The notes below the pieces were generated by a model. The model was not told the origin of the DNA and ran no database searches. It worked only from the letters and a program-made list of their open reading frames with translations. A stretch of 64,000 bases of DNA from NCBI RefSeq assembly GCF_963921235.1, contig NC_086097.1, forward strand, positions 122,824,001-122,888,000. Direction: 5' to 3'. This DNA comes from Mobula hypostoma (Eukaryota). Positions 1-11,428 of this stretch are shown one piece after another; position 1 is the stretch's first letter; each line of letters begins with the position of its first letter. The translations under genes and the position numbers were made by a program.

Positions 1-75
1 CCTATACCTTGGAAACCTTCGAAGGCGCCAAATCCATGGTCTCACGAGACTAACGGATGCCTATCTAAAAAAAAA

Positions 76-3000
76 ACTCCAGAAACTAATTGAAAGAAAA
101 ACCCGGGAGCTCAGGATTAAATGTGTCCACTTTATTCTACTTTAGAGAGGGGCACACACATGACATGGTGGTGTAATAATGTAGGCCATTCACATACTTT
201 GTACATAATGAGTTAAGTAAACACACAAAGAATGGTTAATCAAATAATTTATTTACAATATTACTCAAATAGTACTAACATATTGAATACACTACACTCC
301 TTCCTGCTTGGCTATACACTCCAACTCAATGTGGAATGCATTTCAACTCCAACATGGAATGTATTGCTCTCTAGTCACCTATACCCAGAGATATATACAC
401 AGTATACTAAATAATACAACCACTATACAGATATCCACAGCATAGTAAATTTTTAATTCTTCCATTCAAGCTTAAATATTTAATTGTTGTGGAGGATTCC
501 TTACTCTTGTAGAATAAAGCCTTTCCTGACCGGGGGTGGTGGGGGTGGGGGGTCATTCTGCTTAGCAGATGAGACTTGTGATTGAGAAACAATCTCAGGC
601 TCTGGGACCATCACCGTGGTGGTTATAGGAGATGACTCTGAGACTCCAGGAAGTGGTTCTGACAGCTCTGGACACTTCTAACAATTGACTCTGCTCTCTT
701 CAACTGATCGATGTGACATCTCCTGATGACACCAGATGCAATCTTCACTGTGTAGGACAGTAGTCCAGTTCTTATCTTAATCGTTCCAAGTAACCACCTT
801 TGATCACCACTGTAGACCCTCAGCAGGACTGCTTGTCCAGGAGTGAAACACTGAAGCTCTTTGTTTGAAGACCCCTCAATTTGTCTCAGCTGTTTGTCCT
901 GCATACTCCTAGATCGGGTTTGAGAAGATCCAAGTGTAAAGACAAAGGATGACCCAAGAAAAGCATAGCTGATGAGTTGTTTGTTGTGGAATGTGTTGCA
1001 CTATGATATGCAAGACAAAATTGGTAAACTTCTAATTCAGTGTCAGTGCAGTGTGTTCTGCTGGCATTGTTCACAGTACATTCTTTAAACTCTGGACAAA
1101 ACTTTCTGCCAAACCATTTGTAGCTGGGTGGTATGGTGCAGATGTACGTAACATGTGTTATTCCATTTGTTTTCAGGAATGACTGAACCTGTGGTCCATT
1201 GTCACTGACTAAATGATCTGGAACAACAATCCTTAAGAAGAGGCTTCTCAACACATCAACAGTGTACGAGGCTGTAGTGGAGGCTATTGGGAATACTTCA
1301 GGCTACTTCCTTGCTGCATCCACTACTACGAAGAAATTTGTGCCTGTGAATGGTCCGACAAAATGCACATGAATCCTCTGCCAGGGCAATGCAGGCCATT
1401 GCCAGGGATGGAAAGGAATTGCTCTTAGAATCTTCTGGATGTGTTGGCATCTGAAAAAGCACATGACCTGATGATCTACCCCAGGCTACCAGACAAAGTT
1501 GACCACACCTCAATGACTGGCATGTAGCTTTTCCAACACTTTAGCTCTCAGCTCGACTAGTACAACTCTCAATTCCCACATAAGGCAAACCCCATCAAGG
1601 GCAGTTCACCATGGTGCTAGTAAAAATGGGGAAATGGATTTTCGGCTGCACATTGCAGCCATCTTGAGTTGCCATCTCGACCTGCTACACAGTGGTTTCC
1701 TTTTGATTCATCTCTGCTGTAATAGGGAGATTTTTGATTTACGCTACATTAGGTAGAATATATCAGGAGAAGTATCCTCTTTTGTAAATTTTTCAGTTAT
1801 TTCCTTTTCCAACAGTAAATGAGACAAGCCATCAGCATTTCCATGATTAGTTGTCCTCTTGACTTGAACCTTGTAATTGTACCCTCCAAGAAACAGTCCA
1901 TCTCCGCAACCGTGCTGCTGCTGTGAGTGGAACACCCTTCTGTCGATTGAAAATGGACACCCGTGGCTGATGATCAGAAATAAGGAAAACTCTCTCTCAT
2001 ACAGGTACTGGTTGAAATACTTTACACCTTAAACCAGACTGAAGGTCGCTCTGTTCCTCTGTGCATAAATTTTCCCTGCAGCAGTAAGGGAACGTGATGC
2101 AAAGGCTATGTGGCATTCACTTCCATCACTTGTAACGTGGCATGACCGCACCTATACCATAAGGAGAGTGGTCACAGGCAAGCTTCACTGGACAATATGG
2201 ATGATAATGTGCAAATACAGTGTCTGACGTCACCATATCCTTTGTCTTTTGGAAAACCACCTCACGCTGCGTTGTCTATTGCCATTTCTTCCCACTCTGT
2301 AGTAATGAGTTCAAGTGGTGGAGCACAGAGGCCAGATTTGGCAGGAATCTGTTCTAGTAATTGACAAATCCTTAGAAGGATCACAACAGTGACAAATCCT
2401 TTGGCCCAGGGGCCCTCACCACTGCTTGAATTTTCTCAGCACACTTCTGTAATCCTTGTGCGTCAATAGCATTAAGTGATGCTTGGTTTAAATAATTCAC
2501 ATTTTGCCGCATTGTGCTCTGAGCCCATAATCTTCTAATCTTTTTAACAATGTATTGAGATTTTGGAGGAATTCATCGTCATCCTCACTGGTAACGATGA
2601 TGTCATACAGGTAACACTGAGTGCCTGGGCAGCTTCGAAGCACCTGATCCATCATTTTTGCCAGTGGTGCAGGTGCAGATGCTTCTCAAAAAATAAACCT
2701 ATTATATAATAAGCCCTTTGTGAGTGTTTGTGGTGAGAAACACTTTGGACTCTTCTTCTAACTCCATCTATAATTAGGCCTCAGCTAAGTCCACTTTACA
2801 GAAATGTTCCCCTCCACAAACGTTTGCAAAGATATTCTCTTTCCAGGGCAGAGTGTATTCACCTGCTTTCAGCACCAGGTTGATAGTGACCTTAAAATCA
2901 CCACAGACCCATTCTTCTCAGCCACTGGGCTCCACTCAAACTTGGAAACAATGCCTTCAGTCTCCATGCAATCTAGCTCACTGACTACTATATCACAGAT

Positions 3001-3455
3001 GGTGCAAGGAACTGGACAGGCTTTGTAAATCTTGGGTGTGGCATTTTCATTTAGCGCTATTTTACCCTTCATAAGGTGAGCTTTCAATACCACGTTGCTG
3101 TGGCATCATCCAGTTATCTTAATTTGCTTTCTGGTGACTCCATTGCAGGGAATGTGGCATGCAAATGGTGAATGGATTTCCAATCAAGTTGTAGTTGTCT
3201 CAGCCAATCACATCTCCACAATGCTGGCCCTCCTGTTTTTACCACCTACAAGCCCAATCTGGCTTGTTGGTTGTTGTATTTCACTGTTACGAACGCAATT
3301 CCCACAGGAGTTATCTTTTCTCCAGTTTAAGTTCTTAGTTGAATATCTGCTGGTTTCAGTTCAGTTTCTTTGAAATGCAGTTCAAACTCATTTTGTGGAA
3401 TGACTGAAACAGTGTCCAATTCCATTTTAATTAATTTGCCATTTACCATATTGCT
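76..3455 (-). mobile_element. Degenerate Ty3/Gypsy LTR retrotransposon relic (RT-RNase H-integrase order) with 3' LTR remnant and PPT
   Basis: Minus-strand ORF pieces: RT start (2869-3093, ATPKIYKACPVP..ELDCMETEGIV), RNase H end (1744-1935, NHGNADGLSHL), integrase core (886-1254, VSDNGPQ..HSTTNNSSAMLFLG) and C-terminus (623-904). The LTR-like segment ends ..CACTACA at 296, next to a PPT (minus-strand AAGCAGGAAGGAG, 297-309). Many stops and frameshifts; left boundary approximate. Confidence 0.85.
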
Positions 3456-3829
3456 TGTCCCTCACTCATGAGAGAACCTGTCTGAGAGGTTGAGGTGTTG
3501 GGATGGATAGTAGCTTTTCAATAGACTCCAGATAATGGTCTTTTTGGGGGGCTTTGCAGTTGCTTGCATGGTGGGAGGTGGGTGGGTCAGTGTTTCTGCT
3601 GGAACAAGTGGGGGGGGAGGAAGACAGAAAGGGTTAATGCTTTTGCTGCTACTTGTGCATGGGAAGGGGAGGGGACTTGGGGGTTCTAATGTTTCTGTCA
3701 TTCATTCTTTGGCTTTTTTGTGTTTTGTGGATGTCTGCAAAGAGTACGAATTTCAGGCTGTATACTCTATACATTCCCTGATATTAAATTGAACCACATG
3801 AACTTCTTCTGTGCCTTATCCTGCACTTT

Positions 3830-4150
3830 GTTTTCCCTGAAGCGGTGCAGAACCACCATCTCACCCATCGCATCTCACTGTTGATCTCATTTGCCCAATC
3901 CACTGGAGCTGACTTCACATGCTAGGAAGTCCCTTTTTCACAAGGGTTTGAGGCCCAATAGCTGCCCTCTCCTGGTTTAGAGTGCCTGTCGAAGCGGTGT
4001 ACCAGTGTGTGGCTGCTCTCGCTTGCAAACAGCTACTTGGAGCCACGGGTGAGAGCTGAGTGTCCGGTGGGGACCAAAGGTGAGTGAGCTGCCCCAGAAT
4101 GGACATGATAAGCCCCTTCACCAGAGGTGCTAGCCCTCCCTGGACACCTG
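3830..4150 (-). mobile_element. 5' UTR fragment of an RTE-clade LINE
   Basis: Minus strand reads AGGTGTCCAGGGAGGG..GGTGAAGGGGCTT..CTCAGCTCTCACCCGTGGCTCC..GCAGCCACAC..CTAAACCAGG..GGGCCTCAAACC. This resembles vertebrate RTE 5' leaders as I recall them; not database-checked. Confidence 0.55.
3964..4150 (-). ncRNA. Degenerate HDV-like ribozyme fold at RTE 5' end
   Basis: Elements in order on the minus strand: P1 AGGTGT; P2 CTCTCACCCGT; P3 GGC; L3 TCC plus insert; P3' GCC; P1' ACACACT; GG; P4 region; J4/2 CTAA (C at 3980); P2' ACCAGGAGAGGG. P1 and P2 carry mismatches. Confidence 0.45.
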
Positions 4151-4770
4151 ATAGACAGCAGCATAAACTGAATGAATTACTCCATCAATAACTATTAGGA
4201 ACTAATACACAGTTTCATAGTACAGCAGCAGCATTGATGGTGTTCTATTTTTTTCTGTATTTCATTTAAATACATAACGTGTTCCTCCGTTAAACAGTAG
4301 TTATACCCTTTTAACTATTTCCATGAAACTTTGGCTAATTCGGGCAGCTGTTGAATTGGGCTAAAACAGTGGTCCCCAACCACCGGGCTGCAGACTGGTA
4401 CCGGGCTGCAAAGCGTGTGTTACCGGGCCGCGAGGAAACTATATGATTTGGCGATATGAGTCAGCTGCACCTTTCCTCATCCCCTGTCATGCCCTGTTGA
4501 GCTTGAGCGCAAGCGAGGTCATTACCCACGCGTCATCCATGTCAGCGCGGGAAGAAGATCAACTCCCCGAGCTTGCAAATGACAGCAGGCTGAAAAGTAT
4601 GTTTGACATCACATCTCTGCCGGCATTCTGGATCAAAGTCAAGGCTGAATATCCTGAGATAGCCACGAAAGCACTGAAAATGTTGCTTCCATTTCCAACA
4701 GATCTCTGCAATGAATGCAACGAAAATTAAATTGCAGAATAGACTGGACATAAGGAACCCCCTTCGAGTA

Positions 4771-5320
4771 GTTTTGGTCCCTTCATCTGAGGAAAGACAT
4801 CCTTGCCGTTGAGGGAGTACAAAGAAGGTTCACCAGATTGATTCCTGGGATGGCAGGACTTTCATATGATGAAAGACTGGATCGACTAGGCTTATACTCG
4901 TTGGAATTTAGAAGATTGAGAGGAGATCTTATTGAAACATATGAAATCCTAAAGGGATTGGACAGGCTAGATGCAGGAAGATTGTTTCTGATGTTGGGGA
5001 AGTCCAGAATGAGGGGTCACAGATTGAGGATAAAGGGGAAGCCTTTTAGGACCGACATGAGGAAAAACTTATTCACACAGAGAGTGGTGAATCTGTGGAA
5101 TTCTCTGCCACAGGAAACAGTTGAGGCCAGTTCATTGGCTATATTTAAGAGGGAGTTAGATATGGCCCTTGTGGCTAAAGGGATCAGGGGGTATGGAGGG
5201 AAGACTGGTACAGGATTCTGAGTTGGATGATCAGCCATGATCATACTGAATGGTGGTGCAGGCTCGAAGGGCCAAATGGCCTACTCCTGCACCTATTTTC
5301 TATGTTTCTATGTTTCTATG
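4771..5320 (+). mobile_element. CR1 LINE 3' fragment inserted in the hAT transposase remnant
   Basis: ORF2 C-terminus LGLYSLEFRRLRGDLIETY..FTQRVVNLWNSLP; (TTTCTATG)n tail; GAGTA duplicated at both junctions. Same subfamily as 24965-25785. Confidence 0.92.
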
Positions 5321-5512
5321 AGTATCGCTGCCTCCCATCACCCTTCGATGGCACCGTCTTGTTGCAGGAAAACAAGCCCAGGGCTCCCACTGATTCAGCG
5401 ATATTGGTCTGTTGCAATGATTTTATATGTTCACGCGGGGAAAATATGCGCTGTGTGTTTAATATCCAAACATTACTTAAAATATGATGATGCTATTGAC
5501 TTATGTGACTTA

Positions 5513-5716
5513 AATAACCATCTAACAATTACAGCACGGAAACAGGCGATCTTGGCCCTTCTAGTCCGTGCCGAACGCTACTCTCACCTAGTCCCACCGA
5601 CCTGCACTCAGCCCGTAACCCTCCATTCCTTTCCTGTCCATATAGCTGTCCAATTTAACTTTAAATGATAATATCAAACCTGCCTCTACTACTTCTACTA
5701 GAAGTTTGTTCAACAC
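5513..5716 (-). mobile_element. CR1 LINE 3' end fragment inside the hAT element
   Basis: Reverse complement of the CR1 3' ends at about 31800-31990 and 37260-37443. Confidence 0.8.
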
Positions 5717-6895
5717 TTACTTCAAGCTCCCCTGTCCTTCCCTGATAATTGACTTATCACTGTATTCATGCGAGGAAAATATGCGCTGTGTGTTTAATAT
5801 TAAATTCGTTAGATAAATCCTTTTAGAAACTACATTGAGTGTATTAGCCACTTTTCACCTATATTCTGGTCGTGATTAACACTCTCCCCCGAACAAAATC
5901 GACAAAAACGATTTGTAGAAAAAAATCGGCATGTACACGCATGCACACTGGTGCCCGTGCAAGGCTTCATGGTCATTGTAGTCTTACTCGGGGTAAACAC
6001 GACGTATTTGACTGCTACTCTTGTCTGTTGGCAACCCTAACCCCCCACCCACCGCGGTCGGCCGGTCCGCAAGAATATTGTCAATATTAAACTGGTCCGC
6101 AGTGCAAAAAAGGTTGGGGGTCCCTGGGCTAAAATGTACAGGCGCCAATGTGTATCAATTAATCGAAATCCACTGCAGTGGAAACACTCAGCTGGTCAGA
6201 CAGTATCTGTGGAAAGTGAGCATTTAGTATTTCAGGTCTCACTGCTCTGGGTCCCAGACCCAAATGAGTTTCTCTTTCCACAGCTACTGCCTGCCCTACT
6301 GAGTGTTGGCCACACTTCCCATTTTTTGGGGGGTTTCCAGCATCTGCAGGTTTATTTTTCATCCACATTTTCTGTATATTCTTGTGCCATTTTGATTCTT
6401 TTCCTCATTTCAGTCCGACCTCACTGTGATATGATCCAAGCTTTTGAAATTATACAAGAAATTACTTTTAAAAGTAGCAAAAGTCTACACTTTCACTACT
6501 TGCTACTCCTATTTTTCTTACTTCCGATCTAACTCTGACTGTAAATACTCTTAAAAAAGTAACAGAGTACTGGTAGGAATCTAGTTTCCTGCTTATTTCT
6601 CTGTTTCTCCTTCCATGACACAATGAGGCCACAATATTAAAGAGCAAAACCTTCCAAATACTACAAGTATGATGTTTGGACCAGTGAGATTAAAAAAAAA
6701 CTCCTGCTAACCTCAAATTGTCTTAAAATATTCTCACAGCTGCAGTGAGGCTCAAAAGTGGTTTAGCTTCCTAACTTTATATTAAAAAAATGCATTTAAA
6801 CCAATGAGCTTTCCTGATGATAGCTAATTACAGCTACCATAAACTACTTTCAAGAGCCATCAAATGTTGCCTACCTAAGACCTCAGGTTGAGAGG

Positions 6896-7345
6896 TCCAA
6901 AGTTCAAAGTTCAAAGCAAAATTTATTATCAGTGTCACCACATACAACTCTGAGATTCATTTTTCTGCGGGCATACTCAGCATATCTATAGAACAGTAAC
7001 TAAACAGAATCAATGAACAACCAACTGTGCAAATGCATATATAAATAAATAGCAATAATTAACAAGAACCTGAAATAACAAGATAAAGACTCCTTAAAGT
7101 GAGATCATTGGTTGCAGGAAGACCAGAAATAGAATGAGTGTAATTATCACCTTTTGTTCAAGAGCCTGGTGGTTGAGGGGTAGTAACAGTCCTTGAACCT
7201 AGTGGTGCGAGTTCTGAGGCACCTGTACCTTCTACCTGATGGCAACAGTGAAAAAAGAGCATGGCCTGGGTGATGAGGAATTTTGATGATGGATGCTGCT
7301 TTTATATGGTAACATTTCATGTAGATGTGCTCAATGGCTGGGAGG
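6896..7345 (-). mobile_element. Rex1/Babar-like LINE 3' fragment
   Basis: Minus strand encodes the LLPSGRRYR..TTRF..YYPS C-terminal motif; short tandem tail (TTCAAAG)n. Confidence 0.65.
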
Positions 7346-7479
7346 TCATTTGAAGAAGCAAATTTACAACATAATAAAGCAGATCAAGTGGGCAGACGTA
7401 TAAGTTACTGGAAATGATGAGGTCTTAAGTGTGAGGCAAACAATGCTAGTGCCATGAAACATTTCAAGTGTGATGGCAT

Positions 7480-8115
7480 TGGCGTCACAGATAGATAGGG
7501 CCATAATATAAGAGCTTTTGGCACGTTGGCCATAACTCAAAGTATTGACTATAGGAAATGGGACATTATGTGAAGTTGTATAAGATGTTAGAGGCCTAAT
7601 TTAAATTATTATGTGCAATTCTGGTCAGCTAGTTACAGGAATAACATCGGTAAGATTGTAAGAGTACAGAGAAGATTTACAAAGACATTACCAAGACTTG
7701 AAGACCTGAGTTATAGGGGAAGGTTGAATAGGTTAGCACTTTATTCTTTGGAACATAGAAGAATGAGGGGAGATTTGATGGTGGTATACAAGATTATGAG
7801 GGGTATAGACAAGGTAAACGCAAGCAAGCTTTTTCCACTGAGGTTGGATGAGACAAGAACTAGAAGTCATAGGTTAAGGGTGAAAGGTGAAATAGTTAAG
7901 GGAAACCGGAGAGGGAACTTCTTCACTCAGACAGTGGTGAGAATCTGAAATGAGCTGCCAGTGGAAGTGGTGAATGCAAATTCGATTTCAACATTTAAGA
8001 GAAGTTTGGAGGACAGTGCTCCAGGTGCGGGTCAATGGGACTAGTCAGAATAATAACTTGGCATAGACTAAATGGGCTGAAGGGCCTGTATAGCGCTGTA
8101 ATGTTCTATGTTCTG
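7480..8115 (+). mobile_element. CR1 LINE 3' fragment (degenerate)
   Basis: ORF 7613-7948 QFWS..VQRRFTK..LYSLEHRRMRGDL..FFTQ; TTCTATG tail. Confidence 0.88.
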
Positions 8116-8196
8116 TGAAAATGCTTCATGACTACATTTATGTTTTGTAATTGTGTATCTTAGACTTCTGTGCATGAAACTGTTCTCCTCGCACAG

Positions 8197-8295
8197 TGAG
8201 CAACTTATTTGGAAATTATGTTTCTGCTTTTATCTGGATGAACATTCTCAAGGATATTGCCAGTTTAGTTCTCTGACCATTCTAGAAGTTAGGAG
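8197..8295 (+). CDS. Candidate internal exon of an unidentified host gene (phase 2-2)
   Basis: Non-repeat island. Acceptor ttctcctcgcacag, donor AG|gtgtgg. Only one frame open: EQLIWKLCFCFYLDEHSQGYCQFSSLTILEVR. Confidence 0.35.
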
Positions 8296-9349
8296 GTGTG
8301 GTAGGATTATACTATGTCTAAGCCGTCAAGCAGAAACTTCCAGAAGTACTGCTGAACCAGGTGAAAATAAAATAACCAGAGTTCAGAAAATAACATATTG
8401 TGGACTGCTCACCTGGTTTGGTTTTTGGACCTTGGTGGTTTAGCTCTGCGTCAGATGAGAAGCAATTTCCATGAGAAGTGAAGGTATATTGCTTTATCCA
8501 AGATTTACAGGTTTAGTTCCACTAAGGGCATGAAAGAGCTGCTCTATCAGAAATAGAATTAAACCACTGATGCCCAAAGACCAAATCAGCTAGCAGCGGC
8601 CTCTTGGAATTTGTCAGTTCACCAACTGAAACCATGGGGGTCTTAAATTAGCTTCAAGACTTGAAAAATGGAGCAAAGAAAAAACAAATGTGAGTATATC
8701 AGCCGATTTATGCGGGTACGAACACATCACCAGAGCTGCATCCTGCATCCTTTCTTGATGCAGATAGCACAATGACCTGACCCTCCTCCTGACAGGAGTG
8801 TTGCCAGGTAGAGCAGGCTTTCAGCAGAGAGTAGGCCTCAGACAATGTGTCCGGATCACCTTCCCCAGGAACTGCCTGACAACTCATTTCATCAAACAAA
8901 TGCAGGAGCTACTCAGCAGAGCAGACAGCATCCAGGGGGGCGGGGGGGGGGCAAGAAACGGTTAACGTTTCGAGATGAGACCCTTTATCAGGACTGGAAA
9001 GGATAAAGGTGCAACATGCAAAGTTCCTTTGCAGACATATTTTCGACCTCATGGGTTTGGGGAAATGGCTGTTTTATTTACTTGTAGAGCAACTGGGATT
9101 TCTTAATTTGTTTCTCCTAGCCTTCTGTTATATAATGAGCTATGACTCATAATTCATTCCTTGCTCCTATGGAGATATGTAAATCCACAGTGACTTCAAT
9201 TACAATTCCCACATGTGCCTTGATGGCTTTGTCTATGGAGGTCAGCATCTTGGCTAGAGCTTGGTCTCAGTTTCCTATCCTCAGGACCATTCCAGGACTT
9301 TTCTCTCCCACAACTTGCATTAGTGCTGTTGTTTAGTTTTACTTGGTCC

Positions 9350-10000
9350 ATTACAGCACAGTACGGGCCCCATGGCCCACAATGTTATGCAGACCTTTTC
9401 GATCATAGACCATAAGACATAGGAGAGGAATTAGGCCGCTCAGCCCAGTGAGTTTGCTCCACCATTCCATCACTGTGGAGTTATTATCCCTCTCAACCCC
9501 ATTCTCCTGCCATCTCCCGACAACCTTTGATGTCCCAGCTAACCAAGAACCTACCAAACTCCACTTTAAATATAATTGGCCTCCACAGCTGTCCATGGCA
9601 ATGAATTCCACAGATTCACCTAAAGAAATTCCTTCTCATCTCTGTTCTGAATGGACATCTTTCTATTCTGAGGCTGTACCCTATGGTCCTACACACCTGC
9701 TATAGGAAACATCCACTCCACATCCATTCTGTCTAGACCTTTTTAATCTACTCTAAGATCAATTAAACAACCCTTTCCTCCCATATCGCCCTTTTCTTTT
9801 ACCCATATGCCTGTCTAAGAGTTTCTTAAATGTCCCCAATATTTCTGCCTGTACAAATACACCTAGAACAGGGAACACATAACATAGAACACGCTACAGC
9901 ACAGTCAAGGCCCATTGGCCCATGACGTTGTGCCAAACTTTTAGCCTACTCCAAGATCAAATTAACCCTTCCCTCCGACGTAGCACTCCATCTTCCTGTC
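9350..10000 (-). mobile_element. Stacked CR1/SINE 3'-end fragments
   Basis: Repeated reverse-complement CR1-type tails (CATAGACCATAAGAC, ACATAGAAC..TACAGCACAG..GGCCC) and hairpin-region remnants. Confidence 0.65.
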
Positions 10001-10481
10001 ACATCAGCATTCATTCAGTGTATGCATAGGTGTAAGAAAAGAGTTAAGTTTGATATATGCTGAAGCGTGCCAGACGAAATGGTTTAAAACTGGAATGTAG
10101 TAATAGCCTGTTTTCCCATTACAGAACAGCATTTTGCTTCTATTTTGAATGCACATGATTAAGGTGCGATACCGATGAAGAATGCTTTCCTCCTTGCACA
10201 TCTGCTGTCTCTGTTTTTGAGGTGTGTGTATGTGTGTCTAGGCTGGCAGTTGCAAAAGATAGAAAAGGGGTCTTGAAGCACATAAGAGGGGCAATTTCTT
10301 TGTGCAAGTGGGAAATCTTCTCTAAGACCTAGAGATGGAGGCAAGGACATTGGGTCAGAGAGTGAATGGAAAGGCTGTTGGTTGCTTTTGGCTCCCTCCA
10401 ACAATATATCGTATGAGGCATATGAGTATTACTTTGTCCCTTTTTATGATATAATTTTTATAAAGTGCTTTTAATATGCGT

Positions 10482-11309
10482 TGTTACGTACCCTGTAACT
10501 GGGTCGCCAAACCAGCAGAAATGGACCACTAGTTGGAGTCTGGATTAACAGAACTAATAAAGTTTTATTAAAGAAATAAGTAACACAGTACTCTAATCGT
10601 AAGGATATAAATGCAACAGATTAGCAATGATAAGACACGCATGTACACAGAACTAGGGTAATAGGAATCAACCAAACTCTATCGCAGTCTAGGGTTAAAA
10701 TGATCAGTCTTAAGTGATGCAGAGTTCAGTTCAGCTTAGTGCAGTTCACAGTAATCGCTGTTGTGCCGTTGGAGAGAGGGAGAGAATGCAAATTTTGATT
10801 CAAACAGACCTTTGATGTTCTTTGCAGAGAGCTTTCGGGTGAACCCTTTTATGTCTTCTGAAGTCACCGACTGTGACCCCTCCGTTCCGGATACAACCGT
10901 TCTTCCGCAGTGAACCCGGCACCCAGGCAAGGGCGGACACACACACCAGGTTCCCGCCGATCGTCCCTTTTCACCCTGTCAATCTGTGGTCAGTTCCCTC
11001 GAACCAGACATCCAACTCCCACCACCTTGTGGGGGCACACCGCTCTTCCAGGGTCTCGTTATCTCGTGATCTCGTGGTGTGTCGTGCCTTAGCGAACCTA
11101 TTCTTTTTATCCCCCTGCTGAGGTTTCGCCTGTCCATCAAACTTCAAACAGTTCAGGTTCAAAGCAACCGGTCTGACAATATTCTGAACTGTGTTTCTTT
11201 TCCGTTATCTCTCTCTTCTCTCTCATTAACATTTTGAACGTTCTTCCATTGTCTCCCTTATCTCTTTCTCATTAGCATCAATCTTCTGATAACTTGGTTT
11301 GTCATCACA
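10482..11309 (-). repeat. 3' LTR of Gmr1-like element
   Basis: TGTTACG...CATCACA. Direct repeat of 14560-15386, with about 15 differences in the first ~300 bp by manual count. Confidence 0.95.
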
Positions 11310-11428
11310 CCCCTATCCTTCAAAGGATTTTTACCGGGATAAAAATTAACGAGCATGAATACATTATTAGATACACACTAATATACAGGGTCATCAGCTA
11401 TTCGGCTAATACAGAGAACTTTAAGTTG

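Larger units (their letters stand above)
4367..6126 (+). mobile_element. hAT (Charlie-like) DNA transposon, internally deleted
   Basis: TIRs CAGTGGTCCCCAACC / GGTTGGGGGTCCCTG. Perfect 8-bp TSD GGCTAAAA (4359-4366 and 6127-6134). Transposase dimerisation-domain remnant SLPAFWIKVKAEYPEIATKALKMLLPFPT..NRLDIRNPLRV|SLPPITLRWHRLVAGKQAQGSH*. Confidence 0.92.
4155..6175. mobile_element. Tigger/pogo-like non-autonomous DNA element (partial), split by a hAT insertion
   Basis: 4155-4366 plus 6127-6175 match the reverse complement of the left part of the TIR-bounded element at 56117-56729. Ends ..CAATTAATCGAAATCCACTG. Confidence 0.65.

Noticed and set aside
1966..1985. CTGATGATCAGAAA hammerhead-like word
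   Set aside because: No helix I or III. It is the antisense of the Gypsy RNase H SDHQP coding motif.
6414..6473. Possible upstream exon (RPHCDMIQAFEIIQEITFK)
   Set aside because: Good acceptor but only weak donors, and its phase does not join the 8197 candidate; left unresolved.
9121..9178. Exon-like AG/GT segment
   Set aside because: Stops in all three frames; cannot join the coding chain.
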